Origin: a virus
Lineage: Duplodnaviria; Caudoviricetes
Virus record (IMG/VR): IMGVR_UViG_3300034022_000096
Location: 1-54,537 of that record
Direction: 5' to 3' (one strand)
Length of the DNA: 54,537 bases
Shown: one piece after another, positions 21,201 through 29,281 of the stretch
Numbering within the stretch: the first letter of the stretch is position 1
Layout of the letters: each line of letters begins with the position of its first letter
Notes under the pieces: model-generated
The model's input: only the letters and a program-made list of their open reading frames with translations
Databases searched by the model: none
What the model was told of the DNA's origin: nothing
Program-made: the position numbers and the translations under genes

Positions 21201-23863
21201 TTTCCCGCAAAGCCGCCGCTGAACCAGACAACGCGTTGATTGCGTTGTCAAGACAGATTACTGCACAGCCTAAGACGCTCAAAGAAAAGTTAAGCAACAA
21301 CCTTGCTTTGCAAGCTGAAATGCAAGCGGTGGATATGCGTGCAGGGTTGCGCGACACCCTTAAGTTTGGTGACGACAGTCTGTTTACCCAAGCCATGTAT
21401 CACGTACGCAAGGCTGAACAGAAGATGGCGCAGATGTTTACCGTCATGAACAGCGGCCCGTTGGTTGCGTACAAAGACTCCAAAGGTTTTGTGGGTTATC
21501 GCAGTTCCAATGAGAACAGTGCTCGTGATGTGTTTGACGCAATTGCTGACGTTCCCGTAGCCGATCCGCAGTTAAAAACCAACATTACGCAGGCGTACAT
21601 GGTTGCTCAGCGCACCGCCAACAAAGGGTTACCAAAGCTAGACCTTGGCGCGTTAGGCATCACGGAAGAACAACTGACTGCTGCTCTGGCTGCGGCGGAT
21701 GCCGACCCTGCTTTAAAGCGGGCACTAGAGAATGTACGTACCAAGTACAACGCGTACAACAGAGGCATGATTGAGTTCCTTGCTAGCACCGGACGTATCA
21801 CCAAAAAGGTGGCGGCGGACTTGCTTAAAGAAGGCGACTACGTGCCTTTCTATCGTGTGGACAAGAACGGCAACGCTAGTTTGGTATTCAACAACAATGT
21901 TACGTTTAACGTGGGCGACATCCGCCGTCAGCCATACCTTGCAGAACTCAAGGGCGGCGACACAAAGTTACTGCCACTGAACGAAGCTCTTCAGCGCAAC
22001 ACGTTGTTGCTGACAGACATGGCGCTGACCAACAATGCCGCCAAGAGTGTGGCTTATGGCTTGCAAGCACTGGGCAAAGGCAAAGGCCCTGTTAATCCCA
22101 AGACAGGCAAACCTACGGACTTGATGGCCATCAAAATAGGTCTTGGCGATGCCAATGCTAAGGTCATTCGGTTCTACCAAGAACCTGACCCAAACAAACC
22201 CGACGATAAAGGCGAGCGCCACATTGAGGTGGATACTAGAGGCACTGCCGCTGAAGGCATTCCTGCCGAGCTAGTGGTGCAGAGTTTAGAAGGCGCAAGT
22301 CTTGCGCTTCCCGGGTTCTTTAAACTGGGTGGTGCTGCCGCCGATTTGCTACGCGCCGGTGTGACCCGTACGCCTTTGTATATTGCTCGTAAATTACTGC
22401 GCGAACCTATGGCTGCAGCCTTTACTGGTGGCTTAGACAGCAACGTGTTCTCCTCTGTCTTCAAGGCAGGCGCTGAGTTCGTACGTATGAGCACTGGCAA
22501 CAGTGCCATGCAAGCTAAGTTAATTGAGAAAGGGCTGATCCAGTCTAATATCTTTGCAGGCGACATGTCTGACATGAAGAAGATGGCGCTTCAGCTTGCC
22601 AGTGGTAAAGACCAAGGCGCTCTTGACAAAGTGCTGGCCGCCGCCGACCGGTACGCAATGCGTGCTGACGCCGCCACACTAGCGTTGGTGCTTAAAAACG
22701 CTGAAGCTAACGGGTTGTCAGAGGTCGAGGCTGACATGGCCACGATGGAGTCAATGAACTTCTACAAGCGCGGGTTGTCTCCCACGTTGCAGTACGCTAG
22801 CCGTTTGATCCCGTTCTTCAACGCCCAGATTCAGGGTTTGAATGTTCTGGTTAAAGCCGCACGAGGCAACATGCCTTTTGAAGAACAACAGCAAATTAAA
22901 CGCAAGTTCTTTAACAACGCCATGTTGCTGATGGGCACCGGTATTGTGTACGCCATGGCCATGGATGACGACGAGACTTTCCGTAACGCTCGCCCACGGG
23001 ACAAGTATGCCAACTTTTTCTTGCCTATTCCGGGCGTGGATGAGCCGCTCAAACTACCTATTCCGTTTGAGGCCGGTTACTTCTTCTCTCTAGCTGTGGC
23101 CGCAGTCGACGGCATGCGTGCTGAGACTGACGGTAAGGCGCAGTTCCAAGCTCTTAAAGACTTGTTCTTAGGCTCTATTCCCGGCTACTCGTCCATGGGA
23201 GTGCCTGCACTTGTCAAGCCTGCGTTTGAGGTATGGAGTGATAAGAACTTCTTGACTGGAGGCCCGATCGAGCCACGCCGCATGCAAGGGTACGACACTG
23301 AAGAGCGCTACCTTGCGACCACCACAGAGTTGGCCAAGCAGATGAGTAAGCTGTTGCCGATCCTATCCCCAATCCAGATCGAGCACCTTGTGCGCGGGTA
23401 TCTGGGCGTACTACCTCTAGTAGCGGCGGCGGGGGCCAACGGTTTGTTTGAACGCGAAGGCAAGGGGGAAAAGCCCGCAGGTCGTGCATCTGACTTGCCT
23501 TTGATTGGCACAGCGTTTCAAAAGAAATACGGCGGCGGCGATGCCGACGTGGTGTACCGCGAAGCACAAGAAGCTGTTAACGCTAATGCCACATTTAAGA
23601 AAATGCTTAGCGAAGGTCGTCGCGAGGAGGCCGTGACCTACCGTGACAAAAACAAAGTGGAGATGGCCATGGCTCCTGCCGCCGGGCAGTATCGCCAAAT
23701 TATTGGACGCATCAACACCGACATCCGCCGCGTGCAAGAGCGTGACGACTTGACGGCAGAAGAAAAAAGATTACGCCTTGATGCGCTAGAAAAAGCCAAG
23801 CAAGATCGGGCTGACGCTTTTATCAGGCAGACGCGTGCTGTGGAAGAGCGGCTAGGGGGCTAA
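15296..23863 (+). CDS. giant polyvalent virion protein (metallopeptidase-like motif, C-terminal LPD38-like domain)
   Basis: 2855 aa; HEVGAH motif; C-terminal IPFFNAQIQG...LPIPFEAG...SPIQIEHLVRGYLG resembles LPD38; last gene of the virion operon. Confidence 0.75.
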   Translation: MAQSVQLPDGSWFPLKEGEDPREAMAVASKLYPEAFGRKKGEDKPKEDTKGFKAAAAAGFERLKGETALTAAKLGLKDIGEAEAYQKEKQASAARRFTPTEDSFIESPLQNVKELLGGSVPYMLAPAAAGLAALAAPVSAPVAAGLGLLGAGAVSTGQFTGSNLARQMDTGKSLEEASLGKAVAAAVPQALIDTAAMALLPGVGKLFGSVGSKLTTEQAKAIASQTLTRTIADYTAKTGVAMSREGVTEATQQLLERLQAGLEITNPEARKEYIDSFIGGAVLAGTLAPAGRALERGGAKRQATAADRAEALQLSSEQLQQQKAQEEAAAQALETERQSPEYAIKLGAEYEAILKDFQTKQKVLKDPGKNATPEEKAVYAERKAEVSGLNKQLEELTPEYRRTKPIREQEAEKQRVAGISPEDYMLEQMGQPDQGIQASGRKTNKGQLFPSEALAPAPVDTTLQDYATEQLTAAQNVGALTTKDRLDYLMQNPEMARQLLANRTPLPGVSAQEQKLIYSALVGQLKAFDKQKTTQEKLQAEQAERVRGQMAGTTPGADIMGAATQMPAVQTAEQKRAEDEARLRVVTPEVEGIQKLGQTPEYSPAQALRQSYDTRKASEKQDEDLVNGLIDTLPKGGMVTPGQVFQGLGGGTSRERSDLLTQLAVARESSGKSKQGGVKDNDISRGIIEKLRALKQTETTGTGTETAPMQTILAGISVPEARAKEAAANKFADQQNQQLLAFTRMLGKVNRGTLVLPDTFKQRSDAAKQAYLQLHLDEINARRDAFGLPPMADWERGEARARVMEALNELGDRWGSAANAGPAGQRQFGSQIQAVAALQEQMRSNIQKTVAGAAQRANLNATNEVAEKTTAPTGAGPRIAAPAELTLRGEARTEPSTEDMIEALLSQTETRERAVPTAAVKPTKKVTDLGDIKQLLEKERSGGKLEPMGAGSVQLLKQLQDMLPQTTDADFKELARKIVRQIYTGNEPNLFDVRDLDEMARGMEAAGQSATRPGVTPEELQRTSAQPQLDLFSDKDTQTQRATPRNFQKMLDSGNVQRLRQIIAQQNKEADNEVSAVEETLTDAQAKLAKAEKVTQKALGKVIALEEGADVGSSPLADQSSEALATVKVSDEKLKTRSRVAPESSKFVAEYGLKPTNKEDDQIKLAWAEATRDVVAAESALQALPLRIAFLTEIRDSVSELSKKGKQDLIALIDEALRFGRDPSNPASMRDSLEQKEFAELKQWLDPDTANTEIKRLKTLYNLAKKSLDPARERLDAAVAKYEEGSVVRAALEREQKKAQDALDKAQRDEQAARAAVKAEQKQETTTEEVGTPNAEYRATLQRAREGLNLPGVRNLVDTTQVKKTIFNMRSAMGSLDGQLENKNLTEEKRAELQAKRDDAERKLSTVYEDAPRITSEIKENGQLELERAFDDAQVKAYDKQVAKRRKRKGESAPVLPSSKTGPVAKGVRNQRITQLGETSETTATKEAATALETLAEERAKLADLERREKFMRDNGKAKSGGRLTPTFKALQAQITNQKNVVADATEEQGKIVAEVRETKQALGKKRIQNVASETEVGLKGEEAKIPKAAKPLFSRGPTTDPSTINTVNTELKKYFKDLSRIKIYNSVDELIKANPQYKGRIPTDARGFVDTAGNKAFLIAENIDQGQALGVLLHEVGAHVGLKNILGESQYTGMVNAIKGWAKKNDGSVESVVAKAAIARVEAAKTDAKHRDDETLAYAIEEAVKAGVIPNQTKGVLGTWLSRIADGFRKLLTKFGMDLKSFDAQGLVDIAYGAAQMEMRAMPEGMSRRTFLRGAVSAVGQMYLPAVNKGLSINAKAKLFDATLDAADAWYSTVIGMAKTPALRNMLKDYSFDIDNELFAEALYNVDSDVEGVDSVYSNIFMRSYGNGGDPTESVIDLLKSKPDAVEKLQMAVLDMRSQLVAAIEKLPKKENGEIAEDKLPAVGDLLFSRKAAAEPDNALIALSRQITAQPKTLKEKLSNNLALQAEMQAVDMRAGLRDTLKFGDDSLFTQAMYHVRKAEQKMAQMFTVMNSGPLVAYKDSKGFVGYRSSNENSARDVFDAIADVPVADPQLKTNITQAYMVAQRTANKGLPKLDLGALGITEEQLTAALAAADADPALKRALENVRTKYNAYNRGMIEFLASTGRITKKVAADLLKEGDYVPFYRVDKNGNASLVFNNNVTFNVGDIRRQPYLAELKGGDTKLLPLNEALQRNTLLLTDMALTNNAAKSVAYGLQALGKGKGPVNPKTGKPTDLMAIKIGLGDANAKVIRFYQEPDPNKPDDKGERHIEVDTRGTAAEGIPAELVVQSLEGASLALPGFFKLGGAAADLLRAGVTRTPLYIARKLLREPMAAAFTGGLDSNVFSSVFKAGAEFVRMSTGNSAMQAKLIEKGLIQSNIFAGDMSDMKKMALQLASGKDQGALDKVLAAADRYAMRADAATLALVLKNAEANGLSEVEADMATMESMNFYKRGLSPTLQYASRLIPFFNAQIQGLNVLVKAARGNMPFEEQQQIKRKFFNNAMLLMGTGIVYAMAMDDDETFRNARPRDKYANFFLPIPGVDEPLKLPIPFEAGYFFSLAVAAVDGMRAETDGKAQFQALKDLFLGSIPGYSSMGVPALVKPAFEVWSDKNFLTGGPIEPRRMQGYDTEERYLATTTELAKQMSKLLPILSPIQIEHLVRGYLGVLPLVAAAGANGLFEREGKGEKPAGRASDLPLIGTAFQKKYGGGDADVVYREAQEAVNANATFKKMLSEGRREEAVTYRDKNKVEMAMAPAAGQYRQIIGRINTDIRRVQERDDLTAEEKRLRLDALEKAKQDRADAFIRQTRAVEERLGG

Positions 23864-24058
23864 GTATGACGCGGGAAATTTCCGATAAAACCATACGCCT
23901 AGTTGGTGGTTCTTAATACCCACGACAGCACGCGCTTGGATGCGGTGAGGGAGAGCGGCACGTAAGCCCAACTCCCTCACCCTCTCCACGTCTAGCCCCG
24001 GTACGAAGAAGCCCTCACCCGGCCTTAGCTTCGCCCAAGGATATATTATTACCATCAA
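23852..24058 (-). CDS. hypothetical protein
   Basis: YPWAKL.PGEGFFVP small protein at the end of the replication operon. Confidence 0.6.
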   Translation of the reverse strand: MMVIIYPWAKLRPGEGFFVPGLDVERVRELGLRAALPHRIQARAVVGIKNHQLGVWFYRKFPASYLAP

Positions 24059-26942
24059 AGACTTCGTCCCTAAAAGTTATGTGCATAGTGTTCACACGCA
24101 TGGCAGGGCCGTTGGTACGGGACAGCATATCTTTCTTGACGTACTTACAGGTAAACAACTCCTCCATCTGCGCCTTGAACTCATCATAGCCAAAGCTCAT
24201 GCTCACGCAGTGCTTCTTGAGTAACTGCTCTTCAATGTAGAACTCTCTGTAACCCGGTGTCAAAAGCCCATGCTCCACCCTGCCGAGCACCTTGCTCTTG
24301 GTAGTCGAGCGGTCAACGATGTCGCCGTTGTCGCCCCACGCTGCTAGGATTCTGCCCTCGACTTTCTTCAGAACAATAAAGCTTCCGTAGTTGTCACCGA
24401 TGTAGGCGTTAAGCACATCTTCAGCAGAGCGCACACTGTTCTTAATAATGCCACGGCCTTTCTCCACAAGTCCTTTTAGAGCATTGATGACCTTGTTAAT
24501 CTCCACGTCTAGGATGCCAGAGTACTCCTTACGCAACAGAATTGCCGCCGCTACAGTTGTAGTACAGCCCGCGTGCCAGTAGCGCTCATCGTCGTTGAAG
24601 TTAAAGACCTTCTTCAGATGGATGTGTACCTTGCGCACAATCTCCTCGGCAGTCTTCTGATTGACAGCTAGCCACCGAACCCAAGCCTCGCCTGCTACGC
24701 CGTAGTTGCGCTTGATCTCAAGCAGAGTCTTGCGCTCTTCTGCATTCCAGATAAGTTTCTTGTGTGGGCACCACTCAAGCATCCGCAACAACTCGCCGTT
24801 TGAACTGTGCTTGCGTGCCCCCGCCATGTAGTCGGTCAGCTTCTCGTTACCCGTCATCGTGCAAGTAGCAGTCCACGTACTGTTATTGATACGTTCCTTG
24901 TTGGAGCCCGACTCCATACGCTCCTTGCCCTGACCTTCTGCGTAGTCAAAGATAAAGGCGGGTGCCCACTCCATGTCCTTGCGTTGGGTGTTGGTGATCT
25001 CGTCGATCAGAAGCGGCATACTGTTAAGCAGACCCGCCCTTTGTTGCATTGCAACAGGAGAAGTACTCTTGCCTGTGCGGTAGCGCAGAGGGTGACCCCA
25101 CACACCAGCCTTGGCACTTAGAACTAAAGACTTACCTGTGCCTGACCACTGAGAGCCGATGTGCCAGACAAAGCCTTCGTACTCTGTGAAGCGCATAAGC
25201 GGTGATCCAAAGGAATCCAGAGATACAGCCAAGGCTGTCTCCATACCCTCTTTCTCCACAAAGATCGTCTTCCACAGATGCCGCCACGTATCAAGGTCGC
25301 CCTTGCCGTTGGTGTTGCGGTTGATGTTCTCAAGCCCGGGCATGGGTATCCGAGTCTCGCGCCCATCTTTACTGAACACGCGGTTGTTGTAAACAAACGA
25401 CTGGTCTGCCTGCCATCCACACTGAAACGGCACCTCAACCGGCTTGCGGTTCTGAGAAGCATCGCCTACACATGAGCGCACGTACTCAAACAACGTCTTG
25501 TCGTGACCCGCAAAGGTGCTGACAATGTTCTGACTGGCTAGCCACTTGAGCGTCTCGTCCCTGCTGACAATAGATTTCTGTGGGAAGTTAAGCGTCTGCA
25601 CGCCTTCGGGCCGCACAGCGGCCATGTGAACCAAGTGGTCGTTCTCCATCTTCAATAGGTCAACCACAAACAAGTCGTAGGGAACAAGCTGAATGTTTTT
25701 CTTGACCTTCTTGCCCTCTTCATCTTCTTCGGAACGGGTGCAGTACACGCCACCATGCTCGCCATAGCTGTAGCCACGAGGGGGCACAGGACGTACCACG
25801 CTAGGTGCTAGGGGTAAACCCGTATCTTCTGGCTCGTAGGATTCCTCAGAGTCAAGCTCAGCTTCGTCAAAGTCTTCCTCGGCAGGCGCAGACAACATGA
25901 TTTCCTTGGCTGTGTTGTCCACCTTGATCTCGCGCCCCAGTATCAGTGGGTTGGTGATCTTGCCCCAGTGCTTACATTTTGTGCAGATTCCGGGGTTCTC
26001 GCTGTCCATCTTCATGCATGCGTACGGCCCTTTGATCTCAGCAATCTTCTGGTGCATCCGATCGTGCGGGTATGGGTGCATGTCCGACAACCAGATAGCC
26101 TTCTCTGCGCCATCCTCACAGACCTTTGCCCAAGACAGGAGTCCACGCCAAATGGGTTCCTTGCCGTCCTCTGTGGCTGTGGCAATGTAGTCCTGCACCT
26201 GACCGCACTGGCTCTCAAAGTTTCCAAACAGCGTGAAGCTGTCTTGAATCAGCTTGACCTGACCGCGTGTCTGCGCAGTTGGGCGTTGGCCGGGAAGGTC
26301 AAACTTGGGCGTAGGAATGTGGACAACCGGCACCTCTTCCAACTTCTCATAAACGAGTGGTGAAAAAGTCGAGAAGTCAAAAATGTCGCCTTCTTGGACT
26401 ACTCGGACAGGGCGTGGCGTTGTGTACTTCTTCTTGTTGTTGGCAGTTCCGGGCACGCGCAAGATACGCGCAGTGTCCGCAGTCACCGTCATGTCGATGT
26501 TGAAGCCTTCCTGTTTGCACAGACGCTTCAGGTTCTCGGCAACAGGTTTCCATATAGTTGCAGGAATCTCATCCTTGAGCGGCCAGTAGCAATGCAAGCC
26601 CCCGCCTGAGTCAACCACCCATGGCGTACCTAGCGCATCAAGCCCAGACCTTGTCAGGAACTCAATTAGCGCGTCAGCCGCCGCCTTCTTGGTAGCGTAT
26701 CCATCCAAGTCAACAAAGAACGATTTGAGGTACTGAGCTTCTTCAGCGCCGCGCTTCTTGTCAAAGGTAGCTACGCCATAGAAGACGTCATAGTTGTTGG
26801 CGTGCCACTGCTCGATCGTCGGGATGAGTTCCTCAATCTTTGCCGCATATACATGCTCTTTCTTTTTTGTGAGTTCTACCGCGCAATACAGGCCAAAACC
26901 TTCGGACGGCAAAACCACCGCTAAAAAATCAGCGGATGTCAT
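24015..26942 (-). CDS. DNA primase-helicase-like replication protein (primase N-terminus, Zn finger, DUF927-like P-loop domain)
   Basis: FFVDLD, DSGGGLHCYW and ARILRVPGT primase motifs; C..C.C..C cluster; SGTGKS Walker A; LLIDE Walker B. Confidence 0.85.
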   Translation of the reverse strand: MTSADFLAVVLPSEGFGLYCAVELTKKKEHVYAAKIEELIPTIEQWHANNYDVFYGVATFDKKRGAEEAQYLKSFFVDLDGYATKKAAADALIEFLTRSGLDALGTPWVVDSGGGLHCYWPLKDEIPATIWKPVAENLKRLCKQEGFNIDMTVTADTARILRVPGTANNKKKYTTPRPVRVVQEGDIFDFSTFSPLVYEKLEEVPVVHIPTPKFDLPGQRPTAQTRGQVKLIQDSFTLFGNFESQCGQVQDYIATATEDGKEPIWRGLLSWAKVCEDGAEKAIWLSDMHPYPHDRMHQKIAEIKGPYACMKMDSENPGICTKCKHWGKITNPLILGREIKVDNTAKEIMLSAPAEEDFDEAELDSEESYEPEDTGLPLAPSVVRPVPPRGYSYGEHGGVYCTRSEEDEEGKKVKKNIQLVPYDLFVVDLLKMENDHLVHMAAVRPEGVQTLNFPQKSIVSRDETLKWLASQNIVSTFAGHDKTLFEYVRSCVGDASQNRKPVEVPFQCGWQADQSFVYNNRVFSKDGRETRIPMPGLENINRNTNGKGDLDTWRHLWKTIFVEKEGMETALAVSLDSFGSPLMRFTEYEGFVWHIGSQWSGTGKSLVLSAKAGVWGHPLRYRTGKSTSPVAMQQRAGLLNSMPLLIDEITNTQRKDMEWAPAFIFDYAEGQGKERMESGSNKERINNSTWTATCTMTGNEKLTDYMAGARKHSSNGELLRMLEWCPHKKLIWNAEERKTLLEIKRNYGVAGEAWVRWLAVNQKTAEEIVRKVHIHLKKVFNFNDDERYWHAGCTTTVAAAILLRKEYSGILDVEINKVINALKGLVEKGRGIIKNSVRSAEDVLNAYIGDNYGSFIVLKKVEGRILAAWGDNGDIVDRSTTKSKVLGRVEHGLLTPGYREFYIEEQLLKKHCVSMSFGYDEFKAQMEELFTCKYVKKDMLSRTNGPAMRVNTMHITFRDEVFDGNNISLGEAKAG

Positions 26943-26955
26943 GTGTATCCTTTGG

Positions 26956-27216
26956 TTATTTTAGTTCGGGGTCGTTTGCGTGATCTACGCCTGCGGCAAA
27001 ACCTTCTTCAAATCCGCGCTTGTATCCGTGTTCTAAGCCGTTGCCACTGCCATCAGCAAAGCCTTCGTCGTAGCGGTCTTGATACCAGTCGAGGGCTTTA
27101 GCAAAGCGCTCACACAGAACCTCTACCCATTCTTTCGGCATGTTCTCGTTGCCCATCAGGTACACCTGACGCAGTATCTCTTCGTCGCTCAAGTTTTTAG
27201 GTTGAATGCTTTGCAT
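26956..27216 (-). CDS. hypothetical protein
   Basis: GGAG RBS before MQSIQP; C-terminal Y/F-x-x-G repeats. Confidence 0.6.
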   Translation of the reverse strand: MQSIQPKNLSDEEILRQVYLMGNENMPKEWVEVLCERFAKALDWYQDRYDEGFADGSGNGLEHGYKRGFEEGFAAGVDHANDPELK

Positions 27217-27467
27217 GTTCGTCTCCAAGCTTCGTCGCCCGTACTGGACGCTTGTAAAATTTTAAGGATAGCTTCGACCGAGGGTCGGTAAGCCACGAAT
27301 ACTTCACCGCCATTGAACCAGTTGTAAACAGATTGCCGAGAGGCTCCTGTCACTTTGGCTATCTTGATGGCAGAGAAGTCATGATGCACAGCCCACCGCC
27401 CGAGTTGGTTGCCCAACGTCTTAGGCGCTTTCTTGACTGCGCTGATTACTTGTTGTGAATATGGCAT
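27189..27467 (-). CDS. HTH DNA-binding protein (Cro/XRE-like)
   Basis: AIKIAKVTGASRQSVYNWFNG helix-turn-helix; likely start MPYSQQ at 27467. Confidence 0.75.
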   Translation of the reverse strand: MPYSQQVISAVKKAPKTLGNQLGRWAVHHDFSAIKIAKVTGASRQSVYNWFNGGEVFVAYRPSVEAILKILQASSTGDEAWRRTCKAFNLKT

Positions 27468-27547
27468 GGTGTAGGTGGGGGTACCGGAATGACAAGTCGT
27501 CTGCAAGCTTTCGAAAAGCATACCTTGTCAAACTTTCCCCCCGATAT

Positions 27548-27784
27548 TTATGGGTTGCGGTCGTCAACGATACCGTACTTACCCCTTGTCCACAGAGGCA
27601 TGCTTTCTTGCACAGCGCCTCCTCTAACGAGTTCAAACTCGTTGTAGAGTTGTTTTGTGAAGCGGGGGTATCCGGGGCCTACAAACACATCGCTACTGCG
27701 GAAGTGTGGAACGTAAACAACATCACCAAGGCGGTAAACCTTTTGAAACTCTCTTGGAGTGGAATCGCGTGTCATAAGTCTCAT
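27548..27784 (-). CDS. hypothetical protein
   Basis: AAGGAG RBS; 78 aa. Confidence 0.6.
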   Translation of the reverse strand: MRLMTRDSTPREFQKVYRLGDVVYVPHFRSSDVFVGPGYPRFTKQLYNEFELVRGGAVQESMPLWTRGKYGIVDDRNP

Positions 27785-27794
27785 GATCTGCTCC

Positions 27795-28745
27795 TTATTC
27801 CGCTTCGTCCCAATCGTCCACCATGGCAGACAAGTCAGCCTTCGCCTTGGGCACAGCGTTGGGTTTCTTCTCTTCCTTACGGACTACGGGCTCCTCTTCT
27901 TCCTCGGCAGGCAGAGGGGCAGGCTTGGCTTTGGTCTTAGCCTTGGGTGCGGGTGCTTCCTCTTCCTCGACCACAGGCGCAGGGCGCTTGCCTTCAAGCT
28001 TCAAGGGTGCAGGGGCGGCAACGCTGTCCATCTTAGAGAAAGACATTGTGATCGCCTTAACAGCGGTGTCTGTCTTGCCTTGTTCCTGAATGGTTGGGAA
28101 CTCGTCGTCAGTCAACCAACGCATAGCCTTAAAGAACAGCTTGGGCGCTTCAGACTTGGTGTCGAACTTCATGCGCGTGATGACCTCAGATGGGTCAATG
28201 TTCTGTGCGCCCAAGTGACGAGCGTATGCTTGCAAGGCGCGGTTGTCGCCTTCTTCCTTGCCGAACACAGACTTGGCAGGCACAGTCAACTTCAACACAG
28301 AGCCTTCCATATCGTTAGCCAACACTACAGCAATGTGTTGTTGGAAGCGGCAAGCGCGGCTATTGTTCTGACCAGAACCGGCAATGTTCTGTTGGCATCC
28401 ATCGCACTTGTTGTGCTGTGGGTTGCTTGCCTCAGGGCTCGGTGTCTTGCCGTCTTGTGACCAGCAGTCAGGCGCAGAGACTTCGCCATCGTATGCCTTG
28501 GCATAGAACACGCGTGAAACATCAGGCGCGGCATTGACAATGACTACGTCGAGGTAGCGCTCTTCGATAGCGGCAATCTCTTTGCCGCCTTCGTTCAAAC
28601 GAAACACACCGCCTTTGATGGAGATGCTCTTGGTGCGGTTACCTACTGCGCCACCGGCTAGGGCTCGGGCCATAGGTGACAACGATGTGCGGTTCTTTGC
28701 GAACGCGGGGGCTTGGGATGGGTTGAATAGAGCTACATTGCTCAT
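27795..28745 (-). CDS. ssDNA-binding / annealing-like protein
   Basis: PDCWS.DG..P and C.GC..N..GS...RACR motifs, Pro/Glu-rich linker, acidic tail DDWDEAE; replication context. Confidence 0.6.
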   Translation of the reverse strand: MSNVALFNPSQAPAFAKNRTSLSPMARALAGGAVGNRTKSISIKGGVFRLNEGGKEIAAIEERYLDVVIVNAAPDVSRVFYAKAYDGEVSAPDCWSQDGKTPSPEASNPQHNKCDGCQQNIAGSGQNNSRACRFQQHIAVVLANDMEGSVLKLTVPAKSVFGKEEGDNRALQAYARHLGAQNIDPSEVITRMKFDTKSEAPKLFFKAMRWLTDDEFPTIQEQGKTDTAVKAITMSFSKMDSVAAPAPLKLEGKRPAPVVEEEEAPAPKAKTKAKPAPLPAEEEEEPVVRKEEKKPNAVPKAKADLSAMVDDWDEAE

Positions 28746-28759
28746 AATGATTCTCCTGA

Positions 28760-29206
28760 TTACTTAGTTGGTTTACGAACTGAAATGGCGTACTCTGTCA
28801 TAGAGTTAAGCCCTGCGGGAACTAGACTGGGATTCTCAGACAAGAACGTAGCCATGTTGGTCTGCGCAATACGCTTCTCCAACAAGTCCAACGCATCGTG
28901 TTCCTTGATGAACTCTTTAAAGGAGTCCCAGTCTTGTGTGTTGTAGCGTGTCTTGGTAGACAGCACTACGGTGCCTTGGTCTGTGCGTACACTTGATACG
29001 CCAAGCTTGAGCATCTGGTCTTTGAGCGCGATCTTCACAACGTCTTGCTGACGCTTGATGTCCTCGATCTCAGACTCGTACTGAGCGGTTAACTCTTGTA
29101 CGCGTGACTGCATCCTGCGGTACACCTTCGCCAACTTGTCCATGGGGACAGTGACGTCTGTCGGTGCTTCCTGAGGAGCAGGTTCCTCATCATCTATGTT
29201 TAACAT
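28760..29206 (-). CDS. conserved phage coiled-coil protein
   Basis: Strong RBS; coiled coil followed by SVRT..GT and DW..F..FI.EH..DLLEKRI.Q motifs. Confidence 0.7.
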   Translation of the reverse strand: MLNIDDEEPAPQEAPTDVTVPMDKLAKVYRRMQSRVQELTAQYESEIEDIKRQQDVVKIALKDQMLKLGVSSVRTDQGTVVLSTKTRYNTQDWDSFKEFIKEHDALDLLEKRIAQTNMATFLSENPSLVPAGLNSMTEYAISVRKPTK

Positions 29207-29230
29207 CTACTTCTCCTTGAATTATTTTAT

Positions 29231-29273
29231 TGTCAATGGTTGGACAGCATAGCACGACTGAATTGATTTGCAA
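29231..29273 (-). promoter_or_regulatory. putative promoter plus operator-like inverted repeat
   Basis: Minus strand TTGCAA-N16-TATGCT with TG extension; TGTCAA-N4-TGGACA lies over the predicted start site. Confidence 0.55.
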
Positions 29274-29281
29274 CTCCTTTC

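Noticed and set aside
23852-23863. Terminator at the convergence of the two large operons
   Set aside because: The genes overlap by 12 bp and I found no hairpin with a U-tract.
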